A stretch of 22,589 bases of DNA. Source: Promethearchaeota archaeon (GTDB lineage Archaea > Asgardarchaeota > Lokiarchaeia > Sigyniarchaeales > SOKP01). Under the pieces are notes generated by a model. It saw only the letters and a list, made by a program, of their open reading frames with translations, did not search any database and was not told where the DNA came from. The position numbers and the translations under genes were made by a program. Where the stretch lies: positions 1 to 22,589 of the forward strand of contig JAHLWP010000051.1 in NCBI GenBank assembly GCA_019057865.1. Reading direction: 5' to 3'. This document shows positions 8,121 to 18,223 of this stretch, piece after piece (the stretch's first letter is position 1; every line of letters starts with the position of its first letter).

Positions 8121-8987
8121 ATGACTATATACGAATTAAGCATCATTTCTACTACAGGGTTCCCCTATTTTAATATACAAGTTAAACCAATACCCGAAGG
8201 CGTGAAAATATTCCTTAGATTTTTTGATTTTTCTCAAGACAAATTTGTTGATCAAGATCAAATGGATTTGGATTCAAAATTTGATCTTACTGCAGGCTTA
8301 ATATCTGCATTGTTTGAATTTGCTAGAAATATAGATAAAAAAATTGAAGTCCTCGAATTTAAATCTAAAAAAGAAAAAAAGCCACAAATTATAAAAGATA
8401 AACTAAAATACTTAGGAGATGTGTTAATTACCGTGCAAACAGATCCCTTTTTATTACATAATTCAGTACAAGAAAAAATAAAATTAATCTATAACACATT
8501 TATAACTTCCAAAATTCCTCTTGATTCTGGAGAGGAAATGATGAAAAATGAAGTGAATAAGATAATCAAAATTCTAACCGATTCAAAAGCTAGAAAACAA
8601 ATAACAAATCATAAGAATAAAATTAAACTTTTAGCCAATGATTTTTTAAACGAAATGAAGGGATATGGTTTAGAAGGAATTTGTATTACTTCATTTGATC
8701 TTTCACCTATTATAGTCTTTGGAAAAAAATACTCATTAGAAAAAGTTAATCAAATTTTAAGACATATTGGATTTATACCTGAAATTTCTCCTTTAGAATG
8801 GATTTACCGGCAATCTTTTCTTTCTGATGAGCAAATCCAAGTCTGTATTATTAAATCAGGGGTAGGTCCAACGGTGGAAGATATATTATTTGAGCCCTAT
8901 TTTTATCTACTCTTTGCAGATCCTCAAAGTTATTTTGGAGAATTTCCTGCAAAATTAACTGTTTCCTTTAATGATATTCTTGGTTAA
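8121..8987 (+). CDS. Hypothetical protein, probable longin/roadblock-like domains
   Basis: 288-aa ORF. N-terminus IYELSIISTTGFPYF and LTAGLISALFEFA resemble longin-fold patterns. Fold assigned by eye only. Confidence 0.55.
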   Translation: MTIYELSIISTTGFPYFNIQVKPIPEGVKIFLRFFDFSQDKFVDQDQMDLDSKFDLTAGLISALFEFARNIDKKIEVLEFKSKKEKKPQIIKDKLKYLGDVLITVQTDPFLLHNSVQEKIKLIYNTFITSKIPLDSGEEMMKNEVNKIIKILTDSKARKQITNHKNKIKLLANDFLNEMKGYGLEGICITSFDLSPIIVFGKKYSLEKVNQILRHIGFIPEISPLEWIYRQSFLSDEQIQVCIIKSGVGPTVEDILFEPYFYLLFADPQSYFGEFPAKLTVSFNDILG

Positions 8988-9010
8988 TATTTTATGAAAA
9001 TCGTTATATA

Positions 9011-9781
9011 TTATTTAATTGTATTTTCAGCTGCTTTAATTATTTGAGTTAATGAATCAGCTTGGAGTGAAGCACCCCCAACTAAGCCACCATCAATATT
9101 TTCCTTATTAAATAAATCTTTAGCATTTGAAGGTTTAATTGAACCACCATATTGGAGTCTCACTGAATCTGCGGTTTCTTTATCATATTTTTGAGATAAA
9201 AGGTCGCGAATAAAAACATGTATCTCTTCTGCTTGTTCAGGAGTTGCTGTTTTTCCGGTTCCTATTGCCCAAATTGGTTCATATGCGATTACAGTTTTCT
9301 TCATTTGATCTTTATTTAGTTCTTTAAACGTTTCATTCATTTGAAATTCAATAAACTCTTTAGTTTTACCTGATTCTCTTTCATCCAGATGTTCACCAAT
9401 GCATACTATAGGTTTTAAATCCATATATAGTGCTTTTTTAAGCTTTTTATTTATTAATTCGTCAGATTCCTTGAATATGTCCCTTCTTTCACTATGCCCA
9501 AGAATAACATATTCTACTCCTAAATCTTTTAAAAAATTTGGAGATATTTCTCCAGTAAATGCTCCTTTTTCCTCAAAATACATATTTTGAGCACCAGCTT
9601 TAATACCAGTCTTTTTTGTGATTTCAATTAAGGTCTGTAATGCTGTAAATGGAGCACAGATTACTATATCAACTAAATCAATCCCCTTTACTTGAGGTAG
9701 GAATTTTTTTAACATTTCATTTACTTCATCTGGAGTACCCCGATTCATCTTCCAATTGCCACCAATTATAGGTTTCCTCAC
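9011..9781 (-). CDS. tpiA: Triosephosphate isomerase (bacterial/eukaryotic type)
   Basis: GNWKMN, GAFTGE, ILGHSERR, AYEPIWAIGTG, YGGS and GGLVGGASL motifs. GTG start with GAGGT upstream. Confidence 0.97.
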   Translation of the reverse strand: MRKPIIGGNWKMNRGTPDEVNEMLKKFLPQVKGIDLVDIVICAPFTALQTLIEITKKTGIKAGAQNMYFEEKGAFTGEISPNFLKDLGVEYVILGHSERRDIFKESDELINKKLKKALYMDLKPIVCIGEHLDERESGKTKEFIEFQMNETFKELNKDQMKKTVIAYEPIWAIGTGKTATPEQAEEIHVFIRDLLSQKYDKETADSVRLQYGGSIKPSNAKDLFNKENIDGGLVGGASLQADSLTQIIKAAENTIK

Positions 9782-9907
9782 TTTTTATAACCTCATCTAA
9801 CTAATTTTGATTATTTATAATTTATATAATAGTAGTTAATTCAATTATGAAATTAAAATTATACATAAAGTAAGAAATTGAATAATATTAAGAAATAGTA
9901 AAAATAA

Positions 9908-10414
9908 TTACTCTTCCTTTTTTGGAAGTTTCTCAGTTAATTTTGTTGATTCTAATAATTTTTTTACTTCATTAACATCCGGAGCTAATACTTTTGGTAA
10001 ACCCAATTGATCCCGTCTCCTCTCTATCGCGGGTTGCATAGGAATTGCTTTACCATTTTCTAAGATTGTGGTTGCTTGTGTAGTATAGTATTCAGGACCC
10101 TCTCCTCTCTCAATGCTCATATTTTTAAGGATAGTAAAAATCTCTGTCAGTTCTACTTTTTGAGGGCAAACCTCATCACACGTATCACATACAGTACATC
10201 CCCAAATATTAAATGCATTCTCCTTACCAAAAATCTTTTCTTTTAAACCTAAAAGAGCATCTAAAATTAATCTCCGTGGATTATAACGTCCTTGAGTAAC
10301 TTGTGCCACAGGACACGCTCCACTACAAGTTGCACACTGATAACAATAAACAAGTGTACTTCCAATGTCTGATTGAATAATCTGGTTTCTAAAACCAAAA
10401 TCTAATGTTGCCAT
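9908..10414 (-). CDS. hdrC: Heterodisulfide reductase subunit C-like 2x[4Fe-4S] protein
   Basis: CYQCATCSGACP, YNPRRLI and IWGCTVCDTCDEVCPQ motifs. ATG at 10414 preferred over the start at 10426. Confidence 0.85.
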   Translation of the reverse strand: MATLDFGFRNQIIQSDIGSTLVYCYQCATCSGACPVAQVTQGRYNPRRLILDALLGLKEKIFGKENAFNIWGCTVCDTCDEVCPQKVELTEIFTILKNMSIERGEGPEYYTTQATTILENGKAIPMQPAIERRRDQLGLPKVLAPDVNEVKKLLESTKLTEKLPKKEE

Positions 10415-10622
10415 TTTAATTAACACGCAATTATTCTTAATTTAATTATAATAACTCTCTTTTAATTTTAAAATTATTTTTTTTCAATAATAAGTACCAA
10501 TTTTATTTTAGTAAATGTTAACAGAAAAAGTGTTTTTTTTAGAATTAAAACTGCTAATTTATTTATAATCTGAAAATAAAAAGAATAAAAAGAAAAGAAG
10601 TATATAAAACAATAAAGAATAT

Positions 10623-10741
10623 AAAAAATTCATCAATTCACTGAATTTTAGTTCTGCTAAAAATTTCATCAATTCACTGAATTTTAGTTCTGCTAAAAAT
10701 TTCATCAATTCACTGAATTTTAGTTCTGCTAAAAATTTCAT
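10623..10741. repeat. 36-bp tandem repeat, 3.3 copies (AAAAATTTCATCAATTCACTGAATTTTAGTTCTGCT)
   Basis: Copies at 10623-10658 (1 mismatch), 10659-10694, 10695-10730 and partial 10731-10741. No spacers between copies. Confidence 0.95.
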
Positions 10742-10767
10742 AAAAATAAAATAAAGGAGATAGAATT

Positions 10768-11124
10768 ATGGTAAATATCGAAGAATTAAAGGAATTTGGT
10801 CTTAATATCACAGAAGATATGAAAGATGGAAAGGTAGTTATCGATATTTATACGACATGGTGTGGGCCCTGTCGCTTCTTGAGCCCAATTTTAGAAAAAT
10901 TAAAGGAAGAAGGATTAATTAAGTTATTGAAGGTAGATTTAGATGAGAATAGACCTCTCGGAGAACATTTCCAGGTGACAGCTATTCCAACGCTTCTATT
11001 TTTCCATAATGGAAAACTTGTGGATGGCATAATCGAAGTTCAAGGTCAACCACTCGTACGAAACGGAATGATGACCGGGGCGGCAGGAGAGGATATATTA
11101 AAAAACATATTAGCAAAAATTTAA
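10768..11124 (+). CDS. trxA: Thioredoxin family protein
   Basis: WCGPC active site, KVDLDE, cis-Pro motif AIPTLLFF. AGGAG Shine-Dalgarno upstream. Confidence 0.9.
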   Translation: MVNIEELKEFGLNITEDMKDGKVVIDIYTTWCGPCRFLSPILEKLKEEGLIKLLKVDLDENRPLGEHFQVTAIPTLLFFHNGKLVDGIIEVQGQPLVRNGMMTGAAGEDILKNILAKI

Positions 11125-11285
11125 TATCTCAATTAATAACAACAGGAAAGTTTGATTAACTCTTTTTTTATTATTTTCTTTAAGATAGACAATATTAGTC
11201 AAGCATAAATCATACTAATAATCAATTATTCGAATTAAAAATTTTTTATGTAATGGTATTTTTCAATATTTAATTTAATAAAAGA

Positions 11286-11813
11286 TTGGAAAACATAATT
11301 ATGAACTATACACGAGAAGAATTGATTCAATCCGAGGCGACCATGAATCAAGTTAGAAATTCAATCTACCACTTAGCACGTTTTATGGATAAAAATGGAG
11401 TATCAGACATAAAAGAGAGATTAAGAAGGATGGGAAAAAATATCGCTCGGACATACATTAACTATTGGAAGCCCACACAAGTGGTTAATATTTCTAACTT
11501 AAAGGATTATATTACGACAATATATCAAAAAGTTCTTGGGAGCTATGTTTCAATAGAAATTAATGAGAGTGAGAAATTAGTAATAGTAAGAGATTCTAAA
11601 TGTTCATTATGTAAATATCATTACGAAGATATTGAAGTAGCTGGTTGTGAAATAATTATTGGTATGGTGTCTGAGCTTATCACTCAAATTAACTTTATTT
11701 CAAAGGATTCTTCATCAGTTTTTTTAGAACCATTTGAAGTAAAAGAGTCTCGAACCCATGGAAATAAATCATGTATTCAAATATATAAATATAAGATCGG
11801 AGGGAGCAATTGA
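11286..11813 (+). CDS. V4R/Bet3-like domain protein
   Basis: LRRMGKNIA helix and a CSLC...C..IIG...C pattern typical of V4R/HNOX/TRAPP-like folds. Start may be the ATG at 11301. Confidence 0.6.
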   Translation: MENIIMNYTREELIQSEATMNQVRNSIYHLARFMDKNGVSDIKERLRRMGKNIARTYINYWKPTQVVNISNLKDYITTIYQKVLGSYVSIEINESEKLVIVRDSKCSLCKYHYEDIEVAGCEIIIGMVSELITQINFISKDSSSVFLEPFEVKESRTHGNKSCIQIYKYKIGGSN

Positions 11814-13285
11814 AAATGGGGGCATTTCAGTGGTTAATGAAAAAAATAACAAAAACTTTTGGTCGTTCTACTAATGCACTATTTTATACACTCCTTTATA
11901 GGGAAATACTCAAAGAAATTAATGAAATAACGAAAAATGAAGAAGATAGTTTAATAATTCTGAGAGAAATGGGAAAAAGAGCGGCTTATGAATCATGTGA
12001 AAGGCATTCAGCAATCTTTAAATTTATGCCAGGAAATCCAAAAAAGATTTTGGATTATTTTGAAATTCTTTGGGTTGTAGTTTTTGGAAAAGAATTAGAT
12101 GATTATTCTTATGAGGAAATCCCGAAAGAAGAATCAAAATATAATGATTATATTCTTAAAATTAGCAAATGTCCAATTTGTAGTGGCTATGGTCAAGATA
12201 ATGAGGATACATTTAATTTTATGAAATTAAAAGATAAAGAGACCGAAGGAATGGCTTGTGGACTCTGCGGAATGTTAGAAAGTGTAGCTAACTTTATATT
12301 AAAAGTAAAAAGGAATGATTATCGAATTGGTATCGTTGAGCAAAAATGTATTACTAGAGGTGATGATTGCCTTCAATTCATTTGTAAAATATATGACTAT
12401 AAAGAATGGCAAGAACATACAGCAGTAAGAATTCAAGATAAAATTTCTTCTCATATTCGTTTCGAAGAAGGCATAGAAGAAGAACTTGTTCAAGAAACTA
12501 AGTTAGATATTATAGACAAACTTCAAGATGTTATATCAATAGATAAATTAGAAGAAATCCTTGATGAACCATTGGAAGGCATTAAGGAACGGGTTGCTGA
12601 TATTATTCGAGATAAATTAAATATGGAACCAGAACATTTTTTCGATTATTTTAGAAATTATGAAGATGATATGATAAGAATTATTGGATACTTAGGAACA
12701 CATCTTTTAAATGAATATGGAGGTTTATTAGAAAAATCTCTTAAGAATGAAACAGTTGCGAAAATATTTGGTTATCTCTATAAACAGATTAAAGATATGA
12801 CTCTTTTATTTATTCCATTAGATGTAATACGAGATTATAATAAATTATTAGTAAGCTTTTTAGATGGATTGGCTCCGGTAGAAATGGTTGAAAATATTAA
12901 ACTTTTTTCTGCTAAAGATACAATTAATTATCTGTTTGAAGGAGTTAAAATGGCGTTTGAAAACTTAGGCATTGATTTTTCCGAATTAAAGGAAAATGTT
13001 TGGGAAGAATTAAAGAAAGAACGGGAGGATGAGTTAATCCCCTCTGAAGCTTCTGCGATTGATAGAACTCGAGAGAATGTTCCAAAAATAATTAATCTTA
13101 TTCAAGAGATTTTAATGATTATTACCGATATTTTTACACTCCCTATAAGGGTTTTAATATCTGAAAGCCATTATGGATTAAAAACTGCTATAAATTCAGT
13201 TGTTTCTGAAGAGGAAGGACTATATGGTTCAATAAGAGAACGATTTGATAACATCTTTGACCAAATTCAAGAAATAAGACGATAA
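11810..13285 (+). CDS. V4R domain protein with C-terminal helical extension
   Basis: LREMGKRAA, CPIC, CGLCGMLE and EQKCITRGDDCLQF (V4R signature). Overlaps the stop of the upstream gene by 4 nt. Confidence 0.7.
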   Translation: MKMGAFQWLMKKITKTFGRSTNALFYTLLYREILKEINEITKNEEDSLIILREMGKRAAYESCERHSAIFKFMPGNPKKILDYFEILWVVVFGKELDDYSYEEIPKEESKYNDYILKISKCPICSGYGQDNEDTFNFMKLKDKETEGMACGLCGMLESVANFILKVKRNDYRIGIVEQKCITRGDDCLQFICKIYDYKEWQEHTAVRIQDKISSHIRFEEGIEEELVQETKLDIIDKLQDVISIDKLEEILDEPLEGIKERVADIIRDKLNMEPEHFFDYFRNYEDDMIRIIGYLGTHLLNEYGGLLEKSLKNETVAKIFGYLYKQIKDMTLLFIPLDVIRDYNKLLVSFLDGLAPVEMVENIKLFSAKDTINYLFEGVKMAFENLGIDFSELKENVWEELKKEREDELIPSEASAIDRTRENVPKIINLIQEILMIITDIFTLPIRVLISESHYGLKTAINSVVSEEEGLYGSIRERFDNIFDQIQEIRR

Positions 13286-13490
13286 ATCTTTAACTTTTTA
13301 TATTTAAATTTATTACTTGTTTTAAAATATTTTTTCACTTTTTTCCTACGTTTATAATAATATAAAATCTGCTTTTTTAAAGAAAAATAATTTGTAAAAG
13401 TGAAGAACTTTTCGTTAATTAATTTTATATAAATTTGAGATAATAATTATTATTAATTAATTCAAAATCTTAATAAAAAGAGAAAATTGC

Positions 13491-16241
13491 ATGGTTTTAA
13501 AATTGAAAACTACTGAAAAAAAAGTTATCATAAAATTGTCAGCTGTATTAGTACTTACTACTATTGTGTTTACGATTCTTTCAGTTCCTTTAATTAGCAT
13601 TATTGCTCCGCTAGGAGATATTCTCTTTCCTGGTACTGGTTTATGGCGGGTTCCTGGTGAACTTCCTGAGTATGAAGTATTATATGTTAAGGGATTGAAT
13701 AGTTCGGTGACGGTTTATCGAGATGAATGGGGGATCCCTCATATCTATGCATCTAATGAAAATGATTTGAGTTTTGCATTAGGTTATGTCCATGCTCAAG
13801 ATAGACTGTTCCAAATGGATTTAGCAAGGCGACAAGTAAGAGGTAAGCTGTCTGAAGTAGTAGGTAGTTTAGCTCTAGAAGAAGACAAATTTAATCTTGC
13901 AATGGGAATGGAATATTGGGCCAATCAAACTTTTCAGGAAGCTATTAGAATGCAGAAATTGGGAGAAATTGATTTTTTAGATTCAATTTATCGCTATGCT
14001 GACGGAGTGAATTATTTTATCAATACTCATAAAGATGAATTACCAATAGAATACGCTATTTTAGGATTTAAGCCAACAAAATGGACACCATTAGACACAT
14101 TTTGTTTTAACAAATATATGAGTAAAATGCTTACTTGGCAATATTATGACCTATATAGATTACAAACTCTAGATGCTCTTGGTGAAAACAATTTTACTGA
14201 ATTATTTATGTCAACTTATGGACAAATTCCTATATGCCCAAATTATGGTATTTTTAATGATAGTTCAGAACTCTCTTATAATGGTGGGCCATTAAAGATA
14301 AGTTCAAATGTCATAAATACTGTTTCTAACTTTTTGAAAAAGGTTGATAGTATTCCCTCAGAAAAAACATTGATGGATCTACAAGAGCAAAACATTATAG
14401 GCTCAAATAATTGGGTTGTTGATGGCGTAAAAAGTAGCACAGGAATGCCAATTTTATGTAACGATATGCATTTAGCATGGAATATGCCTGGAATATGGTA
14501 TGAAGCACACTTAGCTGATTTAAGTACTGGTTTAAGTGTATATGGATTTACACTAGCAGGAGTCAATATTCCTATAGTGGGTCATACTGATTATGTAGCA
14601 TGGGGTATTACTAATACTGGATATGACGTAATGGACTGGTTTTATTATGAGGAAGTGGACTCTGATCATTATATTTATAATGGTATAATAACAGAGTATA
14701 CAACAAGAACCTATACTATAAAAATAAAGGATCAAGGCTCTAAAAAATTTACAGTCAAGGAAACTGTACACGGCCCCGTTCTTAATGATTTCCTAGATGA
14801 TGATATACCTGATTCTTTAGATACAGAAAAAATAGTGTTAGCACCTAAATGGACAGGAAATAATGTAACTACTGAGTTTTTAGCATTGTATGGATTTAAT
14901 CATGCCAAAAATAGAATTCAATTTAATCAAGCTTTGGCTCATTTCCTTACTCCATCTTCCAATTTTATTTATGCTGATATTGAAGGAACAATCGCAATTA
15001 GACCCACTGGGTTAGTACCTATTAGAGATGATAATTTAATTCCACCCTGGCATTTTGGCAATGGAACCTTACCATATAATGGATCAAATGGTGAAGGTGA
15101 GTGGATTGGTTATGTTCCTTTTGATGCCTTACCAAATACAGAAAATCCATCACAACATTATTTAGCATCAGCAAATCAAATAGTTGCTGGACCTAACTAT
15201 ATAAATTATTCACTTCAGAACAGTTATGCGGCAGGTTATCGGGCAAGAAGGATTAATGAATTACTAAATAATTCTCCAGATGGGACAGTTGGTATAGAAA
15301 AAATGAAGGAATTACAGCTTGATGTTAAATCTACACCAGCTAGAGCCTTTGTTCCATATCTTATTAATACAACTGAAGGGTTGCCCTCCTCTCAAAAAAC
15401 ACCAATAATATTAGATATTTTAATTCAATTGAAGAATTGGGATTATGATATGGATAAGGATTTAGCGGCACCAACAATTTATCGAAAATGGCGAGATTAT
15501 TATCAGGATTACACTTTTGATGATGAATTTGAAGCTGCTGGAGCACCAATACAACCTCAATTGAATGTTTTAGAGAAATTAACTAGAGATGAGCCAGATT
15601 CAAAATGGTTTGATGATATTAACACACCTGAAACAGAGAATAGAACTAATATAATCATTAAAGCCTTAAATGCTACAGTCGATTTTCTAGTAGAATATTA
15701 TGGCACTAATGATGTATCTGCATGGAGATGGGGTGATATACATCAATATAGTTTCCCTCATATTGTTCCCGGATTTAATTCTTTAAATAAAGGACCATTT
15801 GAAGGAGATGGAGAAGGTTATACAATTAATCCGTCAAGAGTGAGTATAAGAGATGGATTAGGTTTGGCTCGGGGTGGAGCTTCAGAGCGAATGATAATAG
15901 ATTTCAGTGATTTGAAGAATTCTCTTAGTGTTATTCCATCTGGACAGAGAGGTATATCTAATTCCAAGCATTATTCTGATCAATTAGAGGAATTATTTCT
16001 AAAGGGAAAATATCATCGACACTATTTTTATAATAATAAAGAAGATTTTCCAAGGAATCATATTGAATCTCAAATCAAGTTTATACCGGGAAAAAACACT
16101 GATTTAGCAATTTTCATGACGACATTCCTAATAATAGGTTCTACGATTGGTATCATAAGCGTTATTGTAGTTATATGGTTCAAAAGAGAGCAAATTTTTA
16201 TAAGATTAAACAAATTAAAATTGAAGCGAAGAGGTGACTAA
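13491..16241 (+). CDS. Penicillin acylase family Ntn-hydrolase (peptidase S45), membrane anchored
   Basis: VYRDEWGIPHIYA, GYVHAQDRLFQMD, G^SNNWVV nucleophile Ser, NDMHL and SANQ motifs. Hydrophobic segments at both ends. Confidence 0.93.
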   Translation: MVLKLKTTEKKVIIKLSAVLVLTTIVFTILSVPLISIIAPLGDILFPGTGLWRVPGELPEYEVLYVKGLNSSVTVYRDEWGIPHIYASNENDLSFALGYVHAQDRLFQMDLARRQVRGKLSEVVGSLALEEDKFNLAMGMEYWANQTFQEAIRMQKLGEIDFLDSIYRYADGVNYFINTHKDELPIEYAILGFKPTKWTPLDTFCFNKYMSKMLTWQYYDLYRLQTLDALGENNFTELFMSTYGQIPICPNYGIFNDSSELSYNGGPLKISSNVINTVSNFLKKVDSIPSEKTLMDLQEQNIIGSNNWVVDGVKSSTGMPILCNDMHLAWNMPGIWYEAHLADLSTGLSVYGFTLAGVNIPIVGHTDYVAWGITNTGYDVMDWFYYEEVDSDHYIYNGIITEYTTRTYTIKIKDQGSKKFTVKETVHGPVLNDFLDDDIPDSLDTEKIVLAPKWTGNNVTTEFLALYGFNHAKNRIQFNQALAHFLTPSSNFIYADIEGTIAIRPTGLVPIRDDNLIPPWHFGNGTLPYNGSNGEGEWIGYVPFDALPNTENPSQHYLASANQIVAGPNYINYSLQNSYAAGYRARRINELLNNSPDGTVGIEKMKELQLDVKSTPARAFVPYLINTTEGLPSSQKTPIILDILIQLKNWDYDMDKDLAAPTIYRKWRDYYQDYTFDDEFEAAGAPIQPQLNVLEKLTRDEPDSKWFDDINTPETENRTNIIIKALNATVDFLVEYYGTNDVSAWRWGDIHQYSFPHIVPGFNSLNKGPFEGDGEGYTINPSRVSIRDGLGLARGGASERMIIDFSDLKNSLSVIPSGQRGISNSKHYSDQLEELFLKGKYHRHYFYNNKEDFPRNHIESQIKFIPGKNTDLAIFMTTFLIIGSTIGIISVIVVIWFKREQIFIRLNKLKLKRRGD

Positions 16242-16685
16242 ATGAAAATTAAAAATTATGAGATTAAAATAAGTCCAGAGACAAGAACTTTTATAGTATC
16301 TATTTTATTTACAATGCTTATTACTTATATTCTAACGTTTATATACGTCTGGCAATTAATTATAATTCCTGGAATATTAGCTGGAGTTTTTAACAAAACA
16401 ATTAGAAGAGGAATATATAGTGGTGCCTTGGGAGTTTCAATAATTTGGGTTATATTTATGATCTATAGGATTATTGAACAAAATGCTTATATTAATTTGG
16501 ATCAATTTGCCGGGTTAATATTTGGTGGATTAGGTTATGGATGGGTTATTTTTGTTCTTATATCATTATTTGGGGTATTATTTGGTGCTTTAGGCGGTGC
16601 AATTGGAAGTAGTATATCTATTCTAGTAAAACTAAGACTTGAAAGAGGTGAATCAGAACTCCCAAAACCAGAAAAACTATCTTAA
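16242..16685 (+). CDS. Small integral membrane protein
   Basis: 147 aa with about 4 hydrophobic Gly-rich segments. Directly abuts the acylase stop codon. Confidence 0.75.
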   Translation: MKIKNYEIKISPETRTFIVSILFTMLITYILTFIYVWQLIIIPGILAGVFNKTIRRGIYSGALGVSIIWVIFMIYRIIEQNAYINLDQFAGLIFGGLGYGWVIFVLISLFGVLFGALGGAIGSSISILVKLRLERGESELPKPEKLS

Positions 16686-16697
16686 ATTAAATTAATA

Positions 16698-18149
16698 TTA
16701 TTTTATCTGAGGAATATCTTCTGCTGATTTTAATTTTTCTGAGGAATATATATCATAAAACCAATCAATGATATATTGAAAGAAAAACCGTTCTCGTAAA
16801 ACATCATAATGAGATTTTTCTTTTAAACTTGTTAATTTGGCAATATCTTCTGCGTTTAATTTTCCGTCAGCGATTAAATTCATTCGAGCTTTATATTGAT
16901 CAATCATCTTTATAGGTCGCAAAATTGCTGAAATTGCATTTGAAAATTTATCTATTAAATCCTGAAAATCAATTTCATAAAAATCTCGATGATAACCATC
17001 CTCGAATAAAAAATTTTCTACATGGCTAATAATTGACTTTTTTTTTGGATAATTAATTTTTTCTTCTTTACTTAAAGTCTCTACAAGATAATCAACAATT
17101 TTTCTAATTGTATCAGCTTTAATATGGTAATTTTGTAATTCTTTTTCCAGTTTTTCAATGAATTGATTCTTTAAAAATTCTTTGAATTTAATTATAATAG
17201 CTTTATTCTGGTTAACATCAGTACAGATTTCAATTATTTCTCCTTTAGGAGTTGAATATGTAAAACCTAAACCCTGTGGACCAATCCCTCCCATTAAAAT
17301 CATTGATAAATTATAAAAATTATAATTATTTTCAGCTAAAATTTTATCTGTATTTTTAAAAATGTTCTTAGGAGATACTAAATGTCTTTTAATTTCACTA
17401 TGTTCATGTTCTTCATCAGCATCATAATAAAATACATTATATTTATATACAACACTAAATTCAATAAATTTATTCTCTTTTAATATAATATCTCTCTTTT
17501 CTTTATTTATTCGATCTCTGTAGAATAAATAATTTTTATTAAAATCGTCAATAAATCGTTTAATTGGGCTTAAATATCTAATACTAAGACCATATATAGT
17601 ATACTGGTTAAAAAAAATATTCTTGATATAATCCATTAATCCATCTCGATTTGGAAAATAAGTAAGGGGATTATTAATGAAATAATCATAAAGATCTTGA
17701 GGCATAACCTTATAAACATACAATATGAATGAATCAGATACCTTTCCAAAAAAGTCATTTAAGTTTGACAAAAATAATTTATCTTCTTTAACACTTTCTA
17801 ATATCTTTTTTTCATCTTCATTTAATTCTTTCTCTAATAAATTAAACTTATTACAAAATCTTAAAACATCTATTATATCACCTAAAGCAGAAGTTTGATA
17901 TCCTTCAGATATCCTTTCAGTACAACTTAAAAGTAACAATGAGATTAGCTTGAATCTATTAGGTATTTTTTTTACATCTATAAAAATATCAAAGTTAATT
18001 GATTTATCAATTAATTTTTTGAAAATCTTAAATTTTCCATGTTTAAGACTTTCAGAAAGGCCATTATAGAATTCTTTCTCGATTTGCGTCCTATCTTTTA
18101 AATTTGAAATTCTTGATATATAATTTTCAAATAAATGATTTGAAGGCAT
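16698..18149 (-). CDS. Hypothetical protein
   Basis: 483-aa ORF with a conserved-looking MGGIGPQGLGFTYSTPKGE segment. No family recognised. Confidence 0.75.
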   Translation of the reverse strand: MPSNHLFENYISRISNLKDRTQIEKEFYNGLSESLKHGKFKIFKKLIDKSINFDIFIDVKKIPNRFKLISLLLLSCTERISEGYQTSALGDIIDVLRFCNKFNLLEKELNEDEKKILESVKEDKLFLSNLNDFFGKVSDSFILYVYKVMPQDLYDYFINNPLTYFPNRDGLMDYIKNIFFNQYTIYGLSIRYLSPIKRFIDDFNKNYLFYRDRINKEKRDIILKENKFIEFSVVYKYNVFYYDADEEHEHSEIKRHLVSPKNIFKNTDKILAENNYNFYNLSMILMGGIGPQGLGFTYSTPKGEIIEICTDVNQNKAIIIKFKEFLKNQFIEKLEKELQNYHIKADTIRKIVDYLVETLSKEEKINYPKKKSIISHVENFLFEDGYHRDFYEIDFQDLIDKFSNAISAILRPIKMIDQYKARMNLIADGKLNAEDIAKLTSLKEKSHYDVLRERFFFQYIIDWFYDIYSSEKLKSAEDIPQIK

Positions 18150-18223
18150 ATTACAACTATTATAATAAAAACATTATATTAAAAATAGTTATAGCTGAAA
18201 TTTTAAAAATTGATTAAATTTCT

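Noticed and set aside
10623-10741. CRISPR array
   Set aside because: The repeats are head-to-tail with no unique spacers, and there are no cas genes in the window.
10559-10741. 60-aa minus-strand ORF (MKFLAELKFSEL x3)
   Set aside because: It is a by-product of the 36-bp repeat and an A-rich tract, with no independent coding evidence.
11020-11080. In-frame intron in the thioredoxin extra loop
   Set aside because: No convincing central helix or bulge pairing, and it reads as plausible protein.
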